DNA of 32,000 bases from Faecalibaculum rodentium (GCF_001564455.1 NZ_CP011391.1:1050001-1082000), one strand, 5' to 3'; shown: positions 16,247 to 26,096, counted from the first letter of the stretch. Translations and numbers: made by a program. Notes: generated by a model from the sequence alone, not told the origin.

Positions 16247-16272
16247 GTAACGTTCTGCTGTATGACAGCGTC
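16247..16272 (+). promoter_or_regulatory. Candidate ECF-type promoter (GTAAC-N17-CGTC)
   Basis: GTAAC (16247-16251), a 17-nt spacer, then CGTC (16269-16272), about 25 nt before the sigma factor ATG. This fits the general AAC...CGT ECF autoregulatory pattern. Confidence 0.35.
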
Positions 16273-16295
16273 TTACGGATGAAAGGAGGCTGTGA

Positions 16296-16772
16296 ATGGA
16301 TCTGGAAGAGATGTACGAACAGCACGCGAGGCAGGTGTATCTGTACCTTCTGTCTTTGAGCCATGATGCGGCGCTGAGTGAGGACCTGACTCAGGAGACG
16401 TTTCTGAAGGCGTCTGTGAAGATCCGGGGGTTCCGGCATGAGAGCACGCTGTCGTCGTGGCTGTGCACCATTGCCCGGAATCAGTATTTTGATTTCTGCC
16501 GTGGGAAGAAGCGGGACCCGGCAGGGGATGGATCACTGGTTCTCCAGGGCATGGATGATCCCCGGGATCTGCGGGTCTTTGCCTGTCTGCATAAGCTGCC
16601 GGAGCCGTACCGGGAGATTGTCTGGCTGCGGGTATACGGACTGCTTTCCTTTGCAGAGATAGCAGAGATATTCTGCCGCAGCGAATCCTGGAGCCGGGTG
16701 ATGTATCACCGGGGAAGATGCAGGCTGCGGGAGCTGTGGGAGAGAGAATGGGAGGAGGACTGTCATGACTGA
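16296..16772 (+). CDS. ECF-type RNA polymerase sigma-70 family factor
   Basis: Region 2 (DLTQETFLKA...RGF...WLCTIARN) and region 4 (LPEPYREIVWLRVYGLLSFAEIAEI). AAAGGAGG RBS. Confidence 0.88.
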   Translation: MDLEEMYEQHARQVYLYLLSLSHDAALSEDLTQETFLKASVKIRGFRHESTLSSWLCTIARNQYFDFCRGKKRDPAGDGSLVLQGMDDPRDLRVFACLHKLPEPYREIVWLRVYGLLSFAEIAEIFCRSESWSRVMYHRGRCRLRELWEREWEEDCHD

Positions 16773-17709
16773 GAACCGGAAGACAGAATGCGCGATTGTG
16801 CAGGATCTGCTGCCGCTGTATGCGGATGGTGTGGTACAGACTGAAACAGCGGAATGGATTCAGCGGCATCTGGAGACCTGTCCTGCGTGCCGGGAGGAGC
16901 TTCAGAATCTGCAGAAACCGGATCCGGCTGTATTGCAGAAGGACCTGCCGCTGGAAAAGGACCTGAAGAAAACAGGCCGGCATCTGCGCTGGAGCCGACG
17001 GATCATGGTGGTTTCTGCTGTGCTGTTTGTACTGCTTGTACTGCTGGCGGGTGCCGGGTGGCGGAACAGCATCCTGCTGCCGGCTGACTATGTCAAGGTG
17101 ATGGAGACAGGCAGGGAAAGCGGCCAGCTGGTGTTTGAGGTGCAAAGTCAGGTCCCGGGGACCGGTTTACTGAATCTGCAGTCCAGCTGTCCGGGAGATG
17201 GCACCTGTGAACTGGAGGTCCGGGGCGGCAGCGGGCTGCTGAACCGGATGAGCAGGGAAACGGTGTCGGTTCCGGATACGACCCGGGAAATCCGGCTCAA
17301 CGGTGAGATTCTCTGGCAGGATGGTGTCATGATTTCACCCCGCTGCCGGCAGCTATATTCCTATGCCAATGGTTATGCCGGCGATGTGCAGCAGATGCAT
17401 CTGGCTGCTCCCCCGGATCCGGATCTGCCTGTGACAATCGAGGCGGATACAGAAGATCCTGCACACTGCGGCTGGACTTACAGGGTGGAGGCTGAGCGGA
17501 GGCTGCCTGCAGAGAGCCTGCGGGAGGCAGCATGGCTGGCCATGGTCCTCACACCTAATCTGGATAAAGTCACCTACCGGTTCGACAGGGAAGAACCGCT
17601 GGTTTTCACCAGACAGGCACTTGCCGAAACCCTGGGCCACAAGCCGGATATTGAATCTCCGGCAGATCTGCAGCGGATCATGAACCGCATTCTCCCGGCA
17701 GCAGGATAA
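16765..17709 (+). CDS. Membrane anti-sigma factor with N-terminal zinc-finger (zf-HC2, HLETCPAC) and an extracytoplasmic domain
   Basis: Overlaps the sigma gene stop. H-x3-C-x2-C motif; TM helix IMVVSAVLFVLLVLLAGAGW. The C-terminal YSYANGYAGDV segment is reminiscent of DUF4825-type anti-sigma ectodomains. Confidence 0.8.
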   Translation: MTENRKTECAIVQDLLPLYADGVVQTETAEWIQRHLETCPACREELQNLQKPDPAVLQKDLPLEKDLKKTGRHLRWSRRIMVVSAVLFVLLVLLAGAGWRNSILLPADYVKVMETGRESGQLVFEVQSQVPGTGLLNLQSSCPGDGTCELEVRGGSGLLNRMSRETVSVPDTTREIRLNGEILWQDGVMISPRCRQLYSYANGYAGDVQQMHLAAPPDPDLPVTIEADTEDPAHCGWTYRVEAERRLPAESLREAAWLAMVLTPNLDKVTYRFDREEPLVFTRQALAETLGHKPDIESPADLQRIMNRILPAAG

Positions 17710-17794
17710 GACACACAGCTCTGTCCTTCACAAAGCAGCCCCTGCCTGCTGTGGGGCAGGCCAGCCATCCGCCGCATGTAACCGCGCACAAAAA

Positions 17795-17836
17795 GACCGG
17801 CCTGTGTCAGGAATGGATCCCTGGGACAGGCCGGCT
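17795..17836 (-). terminator. rqcH terminator (hairpin also faces the anti-sigma gene)
   Basis: CCGGCCTGT / ACAGGCCGG stem, with TCTTTTT following on the minus strand. Confidence 0.55.
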
Positions 17837-17858
17837 TCATGCCATGGCTGCTGACTCT

Positions 17859-19493
17859 TTACTGTTTCCGCCTGCGCAGAATCTCTTCCACAAGCCTGGG
17901 ATCGGGATCGATGTAAATCGTCCGATAGCTTTTCATCGTCACGAAACCCGCTTTGGAGCCAGGAACCTTTTTCAGCTGTGACACCTGGGTGTAGTCCACA
18001 GGGACCGAACTGGATTCCCTGCCTTTGGAAAACCAGGCAGCCAGCATGGCAGCCATACGGATCTGTCCTTCTGTCGGCTGATCAGACTGCAGGATCACGT
18101 GGGAACCATGATAGCCCTTGACGTGAAACCACAAGTCGCTGCGCCGGGCCATTTTATGGGTCAGCCAGCTGTTTTGCAGGTTGTTGCGGCCGACAAAAAT
18201 CACGGCTCCTTCATACGGAATCTCCAGGACGTGTGGCCGGGACTTGCCTTTGCGGCGCCTAGCCCCTTTTTTAGGCAGCAGCCAGCGGCCGCTCTCCAGC
18301 TCCTGACGGATCTCCTGTGCATCCTCATAGCTGCAGTGTTTCAGCTGTTCCTCCATCTGCTCGAAATAGACCAGATCTTCCTTGCAGATACGGATCTGCT
18401 CCTGCAGGGCATCCAGACTGCGCTTCATTTTGTGGTACTTTGCATAATACCGGTTGGCGTTGTCCCGGATGCTGAATTTTTCATTCAGGGGAATCGTTAC
18501 GTCTTCACCGGTTTCGAAATCCTGCACCACGGCTTGCTTTCCCTGTTTCAGCGAACCCTGCCAGGCAAACAGCAGATCGCCGTATTCCCGGTACTTGTCA
18601 TGATCCTTCGCTGCCTCCAGCGAAGCCTGCAGCCGGGGCAGTTTTTTCTGCTGTTTCTTCTTTTCCTTTTCCACTGTGCGGATCAGATCTCCGAACTGCT
18701 CCTTGTGCCGACTCTTTTCCTCCCGCTGCCGGTAGAGCTGACCCAGACCTTCCATCAGGTCATACACCCTGGGTTCTGTGTTCATCCCTGAGAGGGGAAT
18801 GATGTGAAAATGCCGGTCATCATACCAGTACAGTTTGTCGGATGCCTCCAGCGAATGCCAGAACTCCTCCCAGGTCGTGCCTTCATGAAGCCGCCTCTCC
18901 GCTTCTCCGGACAGCAGCGGGGAAAATCCGGAGATCTGATCCGTGAGCGGCCGGCTTTCGTCGATGGATACAGGTCCGGAAGGATCCTGCTTCTCCGGCT
19001 GCGATGGCAGTTCGTACCTGGCACCCGGGTGGATCAGCCGGCGGGAGTTCTCGAAGACGGGGATCCGTTTCAGGGCATCCATGATTACACCCTCTTCATT
19101 GACTGCGATCAGGTTCGCGTATTTGCCCATGAGCTCCAGATACAATGTCAGCTGCCGCAGGTCACCGAGTTCGTTCATGGCCTGCACCTTCGTGACCAGG
19201 ATCCGGTCATAGCCGGCCTGGGACACAGATGTGATGATTCCCTGGGAAAAGTGCTTCCGCAGAAACATCACGAAACCCGATGGTTCGGGCTGGATCTCCG
19301 GCACAAAGGCAGCCAGATACACCCGGTTTGTGTTGGAGTGCACGTTGATGACCAGACGCTTCAGTCCGGTTTTCGTATGGATATGCAGCAGGATCTCTTC
19401 ATCCGACAGATTCTGGATCTTGCCGATGCGGCCGCCCTCCAGGTCTTTCAGGTGTCGAGTGACGCTTCGAAGCATGATGCCATCGAGAGCCAT
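17859..19493 (-). CDS. rqcH: Ribosome quality control protein RqcH (NFACT / FbpA family)
   Basis: MALDGIMLRSV... NFACT-N start, central coiled coil, and C-terminal NFACT-R motif (DLWFHVKGYHGSHVIL). The start was trimmed from 19658 to ATG 19493, preceded by AGGAGGG. Confidence 0.9.
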   Translation of the reverse strand: MALDGIMLRSVTRHLKDLEGGRIGKIQNLSDEEILLHIHTKTGLKRLVINVHSNTNRVYLAAFVPEIQPEPSGFVMFLRKHFSQGIITSVSQAGYDRILVTKVQAMNELGDLRQLTLYLELMGKYANLIAVNEEGVIMDALKRIPVFENSRRLIHPGARYELPSQPEKQDPSGPVSIDESRPLTDQISGFSPLLSGEAERRLHEGTTWEEFWHSLEASDKLYWYDDRHFHIIPLSGMNTEPRVYDLMEGLGQLYRQREEKSRHKEQFGDLIRTVEKEKKKQQKKLPRLQASLEAAKDHDKYREYGDLLFAWQGSLKQGKQAVVQDFETGEDVTIPLNEKFSIRDNANRYYAKYHKMKRSLDALQEQIRICKEDLVYFEQMEEQLKHCSYEDAQEIRQELESGRWLLPKKGARRRKGKSRPHVLEIPYEGAVIFVGRNNLQNSWLTHKMARRSDLWFHVKGYHGSHVILQSDQPTEGQIRMAAMLAAWFSKGRESSSVPVDYTQVSQLKKVPGSKAGFVTMKSYRTIYIDPDPRLVEEILRRRKQ

Positions 19494-19629
19494 GCAGATC
19501 CCTCCTTTCAGTTTTTTCCTGTTTTTGTCTGCGCCTGCCGGGACACGAATGCCCAGGACGGGCTGCGCCTTACCAGCATACCGTTTTTCCTTTGACAGTG
19601 CCAAAGGACAGAGACTAAAATCTTTGTAA

Positions 19630-19685
19630 CCGGACAGTCTTTGGACTTGTCCGGCCATCCAGAGACGTGCTCAGTCTCTGGATGG
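19630..19685 (+). promoter_or_regulatory. Two adjacent hairpins in the rqcH-gmk divergent intergenic region
   Basis: CCGGACA/TGTCCGG (19630-19654) and a perfect 12-bp stem CCATCCAGAGAC/GTCTCTGGATGG (19655-19685). No U-tract follows. Confidence 0.3.
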
Positions 19686-19710
19686 CAGCTGACAGAAAGG
19701 GAGGCAGCAC

Positions 19711-20313
19711 ATGAAACGAGGCTTGCTGTTGGTGCTCAGCGGACCCAGCGGGGTAGGAAAGGGTACTGTAAGAAAATACCTGGAGGCAGATCCCTCCCTG
19801 AAACTGGCCTACTCCACATCCATGACCACGCGAAAGCCCAGAGCCGGGGAAGTGGACGGTACAGATTATTTTTTTGTCACACCGGAGGAGTTCGAGAAGG
19901 CCCAGGAAAACGGCGAACTGCTGGAAAGTGCGGAATTTGTCGGGAACCGCTACGGTACGCCCATGAAGGAAGTGAACCGGCTGCGGGACGAAGGGAAAAA
20001 TGTCCTGCTGGAAATCGAAGTGCAGGGTGCCATGCAGGTGCAGGAGAAGTGCCCGGATGCCCTGTCGATTTTCATCATCCCCCCTTCCATGGAAGAACTG
20101 GAGCGCAGGATCCGCGGACGGAAATCCGAGCCGGAGGAGATCATTCAGCAGCGCCTGGCCAAGGCGGCCGGGGAAATCAAGACGATGAACCGCTACAAGT
20201 ACATTGTGTGCAATGAAGACCCGAAACTGGCTGCCGATCTGATCGCGGCGATCATTCGCCGGGGCATGGAATCGGACAGCTTGAACGCGGGTGACGAATG
20301 TGGTACTGTTTGA
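19711..20313 (+). CDS. gmk: Guanylate kinase
   Basis: P-loop SGPSGVGKGT and conserved TTRKPR and EIEVQGA motifs. AGGGAGG RBS. Confidence 0.95.
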   Translation: MKRGLLLVLSGPSGVGKGTVRKYLEADPSLKLAYSTSMTTRKPRAGEVDGTDYFFVTPEEFEKAQENGELLESAEFVGNRYGTPMKEVNRLRDEGKNVLLEIEVQGAMQVQEKCPDALSIFIIPPSMEELERRIRGRKSEPEEIIQQRLAKAAGEIKTMNRYKYIVCNEDPKLAADLIAAIIRRGMESDSLNAGDECGTV

Positions 20314-20325
20314 TTGACCAAAAAG

Positions 20326-20353
20326 GGAGCGGGGAACCGCTCCTATAATTTTG
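20326..20353 (+). terminator. Weak terminator-like hairpin after gmk
   Basis: GGAGCGG-GGAA-CCGCTCC followed by TATAATTTT. The U-tract is poor. Confidence 0.35.
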
Positions 20354-20369
20354 CCGGAAAGGAACAGGA

Positions 20370-20828
20370 ATGAAAGAACTGCAGAAGTGGATCGAACCGG
20401 TCCTCAAAGAACATGGCTGCAGACTTTACGAGATCCAGTGGCTGACCAATCAGAAGCCTCCCATCCTGCAGATCGCTGCAGAGAAGGAAGACGGGACCAT
20501 GGACCTGGATACTTGCGCAGTCTGCTCGGACGCCATCAGCGCCCTTCTGGATGAAAAAGACTGGAATGACCAGGAATATATGCTGGAGGTTTGCTCCCCC
20601 GGCGCGGAGCGGGAACTGAAGACTGAACAGGACCTGCAGAACGCCCTGGGACAATATGTATATGTGAAGCTCCGGGAACCGAAGCAGGGTCTGGCGGATG
20701 TACGCGGCGACCTGGCAGCACTGGAGCCCGAGAGCGTGACGGTCCATTACAAGGACAAGGGACGTCCGAAGAAGCTGGTCGTGGACAGGGACAACATCTC
20801 GCTGATCATGACAGCGGTGAAAATATAG
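20370..20828 (+). CDS. rimP: Ribosome maturation factor RimP
   Basis: 152 aa at the conserved position ahead of nusA. LEVCSPGAEREL motif. Confidence 0.9.
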   Translation: MKELQKWIEPVLKEHGCRLYEIQWLTNQKPPILQIAAEKEDGTMDLDTCAVCSDAISALLDEKDWNDQEYMLEVCSPGAERELKTEQDLQNALGQYVYVKLREPKQGLADVRGDLAALEPESVTVHYKDKGRPKKLVVDRDNISLIMTAVKI

Positions 20829-20840
20829 GAGATTGATCAA

Positions 20841-22562
20841 ATGAAGCTGAAAGTTGAGTCGCTGGCCACAGCTCTGCGGGGCATTGAATCGGACCGCGAA
20901 CTTTCCCAGGACATCGTGGAGGAAGCGCTGACCGAAGCGCTGACAAAGGCCTACCGCAAGTACATTGACGTTCCCGATGCCTATGTCCGGGTGGAGATCA
21001 AAAACGGCAACGTGCAGATCTGGCACGAACGTCTGGTGGTGGACAGCCCGGAGGAAGACCTGGATCCGGATCTGGAAGTTTCCCTGGCGGAAGCACGGGG
21101 AATCAGACCCGGCGCAAAACCCGGCGATATGATCGACGAGGAAGTGGATTTCCGGAACTTCGACCGTGCGGCTGTCGTGCTGGCCAAGAATGTCATGAAG
21201 CAGAAGATCCGCGAGGCGGAAAAAGCCAAGGTATATGAGGAGTACTGCGACAAGGTGGATGACATGGTGAAGGGAACCATCGAAACGGTGGAGGAAAAGT
21301 TCGTCATTGTGAACATCGGCAAGACACTGGCCATGATGAAAAAGAGCGATCAGATTCCCACGGAACAGTATCACGAGGGAGAACGCCTGCCGGTCGTGAT
21401 CACGGAAGTGAACAAGGACACCAAGGGAGCGCAGGTGCTGGTGTCCCGGTCTTCCCCGGTGTTCGTGAAGCGGCTGTTCGAGCGGGAAGTGCCGGAGATC
21501 TACAACGGCGTGATCGAAATCAAGGCCATCGCCCGGGAAGCCGGAGAACGCTGCAAGCTGGCGGTCATGAGCCACAATGAGAACATCGATCCCATCGGTG
21601 CGTGCATCGGACCCCGCGGCAGCCGTGTGCAGACTATCATCAACGAACTGAACGGCGAGAAGATCGACATCTTCGAGTGGAGCGACAACATCTCCACGCT
21701 GATCAAGAATGCGCTGGCTCCCTCGGAGGCCATTGCGGTAATTCCAAACGAGAACGTCAAGGACGGCCTGATCGTGGTGGTACCGGACAACCAGCTGTCG
21801 CTGGCCATCGGCAAGAAGGGAAAGAACGCCCGCCTGGCGGTCCGTCTCTCCAATCACAAGATCGACATCAAGTCGCAGTCGGAGATGGATGAACTGGGCA
21901 TTGACTATATGACCATTGCCCGTGAACAGGAAGAAGCCTGGGAGGCGAAGAAGGCAGCCGAGCGTGCCTATCGCCAGCAGGAGAAGCAGGCGGCGTTCAA
22001 GGAAGACACCGGAGACATCGAGAGCATCGAATCGGCGGACTTCACCTATGCGGATGAGCCCGAGGAAACGACGGCGGTGGATACGCTGTATGAATCCGAG
22101 AACCTGCCGGAACCTGCGCCGGAAACCGAACCGGCTGTGGTGGAGGAGGAAGACCTGCCGGCAGTCGCACAGGAAGAGGATCTGCCTGCGCCTGCTCAGC
22201 CGGAACCCGTCGCAAAACCGGAACGTGAACTGGACGAGATGGAACTGGCGGCGAAGATCGCCAGGGAAAAGCGCAAGGAGCACGCCCTGGATACCCGGGA
22301 ATACAAGTCCAAGTTCGAGGACTTCGCCGGGGCCCACACAAAGCAGGAACCTGCTGCCGCGAAGAAGAAGCGCTGGGATGACCGCCGCGACCGGGATCAG
22401 GATAAGGACAAGGAAAAGGAAAAGAAAAAGCCTTCCTTTGAGGCAATGCGGCCGATTTACTCCGATGAGGAGCTGGCGGAAATCGAAGAACGGGAAGCAG
22501 CCCAGACCGAGGCCTGGGATGATGACGTGGATTACGAGGAGTTCGACGATTACTACGATTAG
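20841..22562 (+). CDS. nusA: Transcription termination/antitermination factor NusA with a long acidic C-terminal extension
   Basis: The N-terminal, S1 and two KH domains are recognisable ([24 protein letters not shown]). About 220 additional acidic low-complexity residues follow, including an EEDLPA repeat. Confidence 0.93.
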   Translation: MKLKVESLATALRGIESDRELSQDIVEEALTEALTKAYRKYIDVPDAYVRVEIKNGNVQIWHERLVVDSPEEDLDPDLEVSLAEARGIRPGAKPGDMIDEEVDFRNFDRAAVVLAKNVMKQKIREAEKAKVYEEYCDKVDDMVKGTIETVEEKFVIVNIGKTLAMMKKSDQIPTEQYHEGERLPVVITEVNKDTKGAQVLVSRSSPVFVKRLFEREVPEIYNGVIEIKAIAREAGERCKLAVMSHNENIDPIGACIGPRGSRVQTIINELNGEKIDIFEWSDNISTLIKNALAPSEAIAVIPNENVKDGLIVVVPDNQLSLAIGKKGKNARLAVRLSNHKIDIKSQSEMDELGIDYMTIAREQEEAWEAKKAAERAYRQQEKQAAFKEDTGDIESIESADFTYADEPEETTAVDTLYESENLPEPAPETEPAVVEEEDLPAVAQEEDLPAPAQPEPVAKPERELDEMELAAKIAREKRKEHALDTREYKSKFEDFAGAHTKQEPAAAKKKRWDDRRDRDQDKDKEKEKKKPSFEAMRPIYSDEELAEIEEREAAQTEAWDDDVDYEEFDDYYD

Positions 22563-22598
22563 TCTGACTGTCGTGAGGACTGGATACAGGAGGACGGT

Positions 22599-22853
22599 AT
22601 GAAGAAAATCCCGATGAGAAAGTGCGTCGTGACGCAGGAACGGTTCCCGAAAAAGGAGCTGATCCGTGTTGTGCGCACACCGGAAGGACAGGTGGAAATC
22701 GACCTGACCGGCAAGCGGAACGGGCATGGGGCCTATATGCAGAAGAGTGCTGAAACCCTGGCGAAGGCCCGGAAGAACAAGGCGCTGGACCGTGCACTGG
22801 AAACGACTGTACCGGAGGAAGTCTATGACGGGCTGGCGACCATCATCGGCTGA
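22599..22853 (+). CDS. ylxR: YlxR/RnpM (DUF448) RNA-binding protein
   Basis: MRKCVVTQERFPKKELIRVV...GRGAY-type motif (GHGAYM). Conserved position after nusA. Confidence 0.88.
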   Translation: MKKIPMRKCVVTQERFPKKELIRVVRTPEGQVEIDLTGKRNGHGAYMQKSAETLAKARKNKALDRALETTVPEEVYDGLATIIG

Positions 22854-22872
22854 TGGCGGCAAAGGAAGAACG

Positions 22873-23172
22873 ATGACAGACAACAGAATCATCAGTCTTC
22901 TGCAGCTGGCCATGGCGGCGGGCAAAACCGTGCGGGGTGACGGGCTGATCCCGGCAATCTGCCGGGGAAAGGCCAGACTGGCTGTCCTGTCGTCTGAGAC
23001 GGGAAACAATACGAAGAAGAAGATCCTGGACAAGTGCCGCACGTATTCTGTTCCTGTACTGGAGCTGGATGCAGGGGAATTCGACCGGATCTCAAACCGG
23101 GCAATGAAGGCACTGGTCGTGACGGATGCAGGATTTGCCGGACGGATAGATGAATTGAGAAAGGACAGGTGA
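22873..23172 (+). CDS. ylxQ: L7Ae-family ribosome-associated protein YlxQ
   Basis: 99 aa at the conserved position between ylxR and infB. The start was moved from 22726 to ATG 22873, after AAAGGAAG. Confidence 0.8.
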   Translation: MTDNRIISLLQLAMAAGKTVRGDGLIPAICRGKARLAVLSSETGNNTKKKILDKCRTYSVPVLELDAGEFDRISNRAMKALVVTDAGFAGRIDELRKDR

Positions 23173-23176
23173 TTGG

Positions 23177-25045
23177 GTGGCCAAGAAACCGAACAGAAGA
23201 CCGAACAGACGCCCGAACCGCAATGGCGGAAACAACGGAGGGCGAAACAGAAACGGCGGGCACGGACCCTCCAGGACACGGCAGGAAGCCGCGAAGTCCA
23301 TTACATACAGCGGTACGCTGACTGTGGGGCAGCTGGCGGAGCTCATGAAGCGGAACAGCTCGGAGATCATCAAGTTCCTGTTTATGATGGGCAACATGTC
23401 CACCATCAACACGGTGCTGTCGGATGAGGACATCGAGCTGATCTGCATGGAGTTCAACACCGAATGCCACAAGGAAGTCGTGATCGAGGAAGACGACATC
23501 GAGGAGCAGATCGGGGCACGGGAATTCGATGAATCCCAGCTGAAGCCGCGTCCGCCTGTGGTCACGATCATGGGTCACGTCGATCACGGAAAGACCACGC
23601 TGCTGGACACCATCCGGAAGACCAACGTCACGGAGGGTGAATTCGGCGGCATTACCCAGCACATCGGTGCCTACCAGGTGTCGCTGAAGGGCCGGAAGGT
23701 CACGTTCCTGGATACACCGGGTCACGAAGCATTCACTGCGATGCGTGCCCGCGGGGCGCAGATCACGGACATCGTGGTTCTGATCGTTGCGGCAGACGAT
23801 GGCGTCATGCCGCAGACCAAGGAGTCCATTGACCACGCCCGGGCAGCGAAGGTCCCGATGGTTGTGGCTGTCAACAAAATCGACAAGCCGGGTGCCAATC
23901 CGGACAAAGTCATGGCCGAGCTCTCCGACTACGGCGTCATGCCGGAGGAATGGGGCGGTGACACGATCTTCACACAGATTTCCGCCCGGAGCGGGGAAGG
24001 TGTCGAGGATCTTCTGGAAACGCTGCTGCTGGTCGCCGACATGTCGGAGCTGAAGGCAAACCCGGATACCAATGCATCGGGTACTGTCGTGGAAGCCAAG
24101 CTGGACAAGGGCCGCGGTCCTGTGGCCACACTGCTGGTACAGCAGGGTACGCTGCACACAGGTGATTCCGTGGTGGTCGGCACGAGCTACGGCCGTGTCC
24201 GGAAGATGACCAATGACCGGGGCATGGAAATCAAGACTGCCGGTCCGTCCATGCCTGTGGAAATCATCGGTCTGTCGGAAGTGCCCCGCGCGGGTGATGT
24301 GTTCCTGACCTACGATTCCTACAAGAAGGCGGCGGAAATTGCCAACCACCGTCTGGAGAAGCAGATCGAGAAGGAACGGAACCAGTCCAGTGCGATGAGC
24401 CTGGAGGACCTGGCGAAGCAGATCAACGAGGGTGATGTGAAGGAAATCAATGTCCTGATCAAAGCCGATGTGCAGGGTTCCGCCGAAGCGCTGAAGGCTT
24501 CCATGGAGAAGCTGGATGTGGATACGGTTCGCGTCAACGTGATCGGTTCCCGTGCGGGTGCCATCACGGAGAGCGACATCATGCTGGCCAGCGCCTCGAA
24601 TGCCATTATTTATGGCTTCAACATCCGTCCGACAGCGGCTGTCCGCAAGAAAGCGGAAGAGGAAGGCGTGCAGATCCGTCTGCACAACATCATCTACAAG
24701 GCCCTGGAGGAACTGGAAGCAGCCATGAAGGGCATGCTGGCACCGGTATACGAGGAAGTCGTGATCGGTCAGGCGGAAGTCCGCCAGATCTTCAAGGTCT
24801 CCAAAGTGGGTACCATTGCCGGCTGCATGGTGACCGATGGTGTGATCCGTCGCGACTGCAAGGTGCGTCTGATCCGCGAGGGCATCGTGGTATACGAAGG
24901 CGATCTTGGTTCGCTGCGGCGCTTTGACAACGACGTCAAGGAAGTCAGCGCAGGCTTTGAGTGCGGTCTGACGATCGAGAAGTTCAACGACATCAAGGTG
25001 GATGATGTGATCGAGGCCTACGAAGACCAGGAAGTGAAGGAATAA
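23177..25045 (+). CDS. infB: Translation initiation factor IF-2
   Basis: G-domain [13 protein letters not shown] and NKID motifs, with conserved C-terminal domains. GTG start and a short basic N-terminus. Confidence 0.95.
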   Translation: MAKKPNRRPNRRPNRNGGNNGGRNRNGGHGPSRTRQEAAKSITYSGTLTVGQLAELMKRNSSEIIKFLFMMGNMSTINTVLSDEDIELICMEFNTECHKEVVIEEDDIEEQIGAREFDESQLKPRPPVVTIMGHVDHGKTTLLDTIRKTNVTEGEFGGITQHIGAYQVSLKGRKVTFLDTPGHEAFTAMRARGAQITDIVVLIVAADDGVMPQTKESIDHARAAKVPMVVAVNKIDKPGANPDKVMAELSDYGVMPEEWGGDTIFTQISARSGEGVEDLLETLLLVADMSELKANPDTNASGTVVEAKLDKGRGPVATLLVQQGTLHTGDSVVVGTSYGRVRKMTNDRGMEIKTAGPSMPVEIIGLSEVPRAGDVFLTYDSYKKAAEIANHRLEKQIEKERNQSSAMSLEDLAKQINEGDVKEINVLIKADVQGSAEALKASMEKLDVDTVRVNVIGSRAGAITESDIMLASASNAIIYGFNIRPTAAVRKKAEEEGVQIRLHNIIYKALEELEAAMKGMLAPVYEEVVIGQAEVRQIFKVSKVGTIAGCMVTDGVIRRDCKVRLIREGIVVYEGDLGSLRRFDNDVKEVSAGFECGLTIEKFNDIKVDDVIEAYEDQEVKE

Positions 25046-25046
25046 C

Positions 25047-25442
25047 ATGCCAAAGACAGACAGGATCGATGCGATCCTGCGCAGGGAGATTTCCCGGATC
25101 CTGCAGTTCGAGCTGAAGAACCCTAAACTGGGGTTCGTGACAGTGACAGACGTGCAGTGTACCGGCGATCTTTCCATCGCGAAAGTCTATGTATCGTTCC
25201 TGGGGAAACAGGAACGCAATGATGCGGGAATGAAGATCCTGAACCAGAGCAGGGGGTTCATCCGGAGCACGATCGCGAAGAACGTGAAAATGCGCAAGGT
25301 GCCCGAACTGCAGTTTTTCCAGGATACCAGCATCGAGTACGGCAACCGGATCGAGAAGAAGATCCGGGAGATCAATGAACAGGACAGTGCCGCTGCTCAG
25401 GACCAGCCGGCAGCCGATGCAAGACAGGATGCAGAGGCCTGA
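25047..25442 (+). CDS. rbfA: Ribosome-binding factor A
   Basis: 131 aa at the conserved position after infB. VTDVQCTGDLSIAKVYVS motif. Confidence 0.9.
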   Translation: MPKTDRIDAILRREISRILQFELKNPKLGFVTVTDVQCTGDLSIAKVYVSFLGKQERNDAGMKILNQSRGFIRSTIAKNVKMRKVPELQFFQDTSIEYGNRIEKKIREINEQDSAAAQDQPAADARQDAEA

Positions 25443-25474
25443 ACAGGGAAGCATCACTGAAACAGAGACAATAG

Positions 25475-25543
25475 AAAAAAACCGCCTGCAGGCAGACCGT
25501 TTCCCGAAAAACGGAAAGCCAATGCAGGCGGTTTTCGGTTTTT
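25475..25543 (+). terminator. rbfA operon terminator (compound hairpin)
   Basis: ACCGCCTGCA (25481-25490) pairs with TGCAGGCGGT (25523-25532), with an inner CCGTT/AACGG hairpin, then TTTCGGTTTTT. Confidence 0.65.
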
Positions 25544-25980
25544 GGCTGTTCGCAGGTCTCTGAAGGGGAAGGCGGTATAACGCCTGTTTTGAGGATCCCG
25601 GGGAGCTGCTTCGTTTTGATCACCGGCTTTTTTCAGAAAACCAGGGTGACTGACTGCAGGAACAGGAACCCAATGGTTTTTGTTCACACTGCTGCCAAGA
25701 CGGAAGGACAGAGGCCAGGGGACTGGGACTGGATCCACAGCATCAGGGCTGACAGGCTCTGGACACGGGCCAGCCGTTGGTGGTCTGTGCCGGCTCCAAA
25801 GACTGTCCCCCAACCGGCTCTTTTCTGCTGGTGACAGGATATGACCCTGATGGGTGCAGCCTGCAGGATCCCAGCCGCCACGAACAAACAGGCATGTTCT
25901 GGAACCGGCAGCGGCTTGCCGGACAGATTTGCTGCCTGTGGTCCATGGGATGGCTTTGAAAACGGTCGAAAGGAGTAACA

Positions 25981-26042
25981 AAAAAGGGGTTGTAACAGTA
26001 AGGCCGGTTTTACGGTCTGTAGGCTGATTACAGCCCCTTTTT
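25981..26042 (-). terminator. Displaced terminator of the thiolase gene, now separated from it by the nested IS
   Basis: On the minus strand AAAAGGGGCTGTAA pairs with TTACAACCCCTTTT, followed by TTTTG. The 5' arm is the sequence duplicated at 29357-29370. Confidence 0.5.
26028..26041. repeat. 14-bp direct repeat TTACAGCCCCTTTT (left copy) flanking the composite IS
   Basis: Identical to 29357-29370. Confidence 0.8.
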
Positions 26043-26060
26043 CTTGTTATAAACGGAAAA

Positions 26061-26096
26061 AATGTCTGGAGATTCCATTGGTATTCTCCAGACATT
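26061..26096. terminator. Hairpin terminator inside the IS1182 end, downstream of its transposase
   Basis: 12-bp stem AATGTCTGGAGA / TCTCCAGACATT with T/A tracts on both sides. Confidence 0.6.

Noticed and set aside
15692-17145. Minus-strand ORFs 15692-16075, 15744-16439 and 16273-17145
   Set aside because: They are antisense to the lipoprotein, ECF sigma and anti-sigma genes, with P/R/Q-rich biased peptides.
18099-19629. Plus-strand ORFs antisense to rqcH (18099-18791, 18804-19595, 19231-19629)
   Set aside because: rqcH on the minus strand has clear NFACT motifs, so these are antisense artefacts.
19641-20216. 191-aa ORF in an alternative frame of gmk
   Set aside because: It is an out-of-frame overlap of a gene with a canonical P-loop. 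The peptide is R/G/A-rich.
20343-23279. 978-aa ORF on the minus strand spanning rimP, nusA, ylxR and ylxQ
   Set aside because: It lies antisense to four well-supported conserved genes. The peptide is R/L/F/H/P-rich low complexity with no motifs. Long antisense ORFs of this kind are a known artefact of GC-rich codon bias.
22892-25177. 761-aa ORF antisense to infB
   Set aside because: Same artefact. infB on the plus strand has unambiguous GTPase motifs, and the antisense peptide has no recognisable domain.
25454-26095. 213-aa minus-strand ORF in the rbfA-IS gap
   Set aside because: It starts inside the IS1182 end, crosses the displaced thl terminator and the rbfA terminator, has no RBS, and gives a P/G/R/W-rich peptide. 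I treat the interval as unexplained, not as this CDS.
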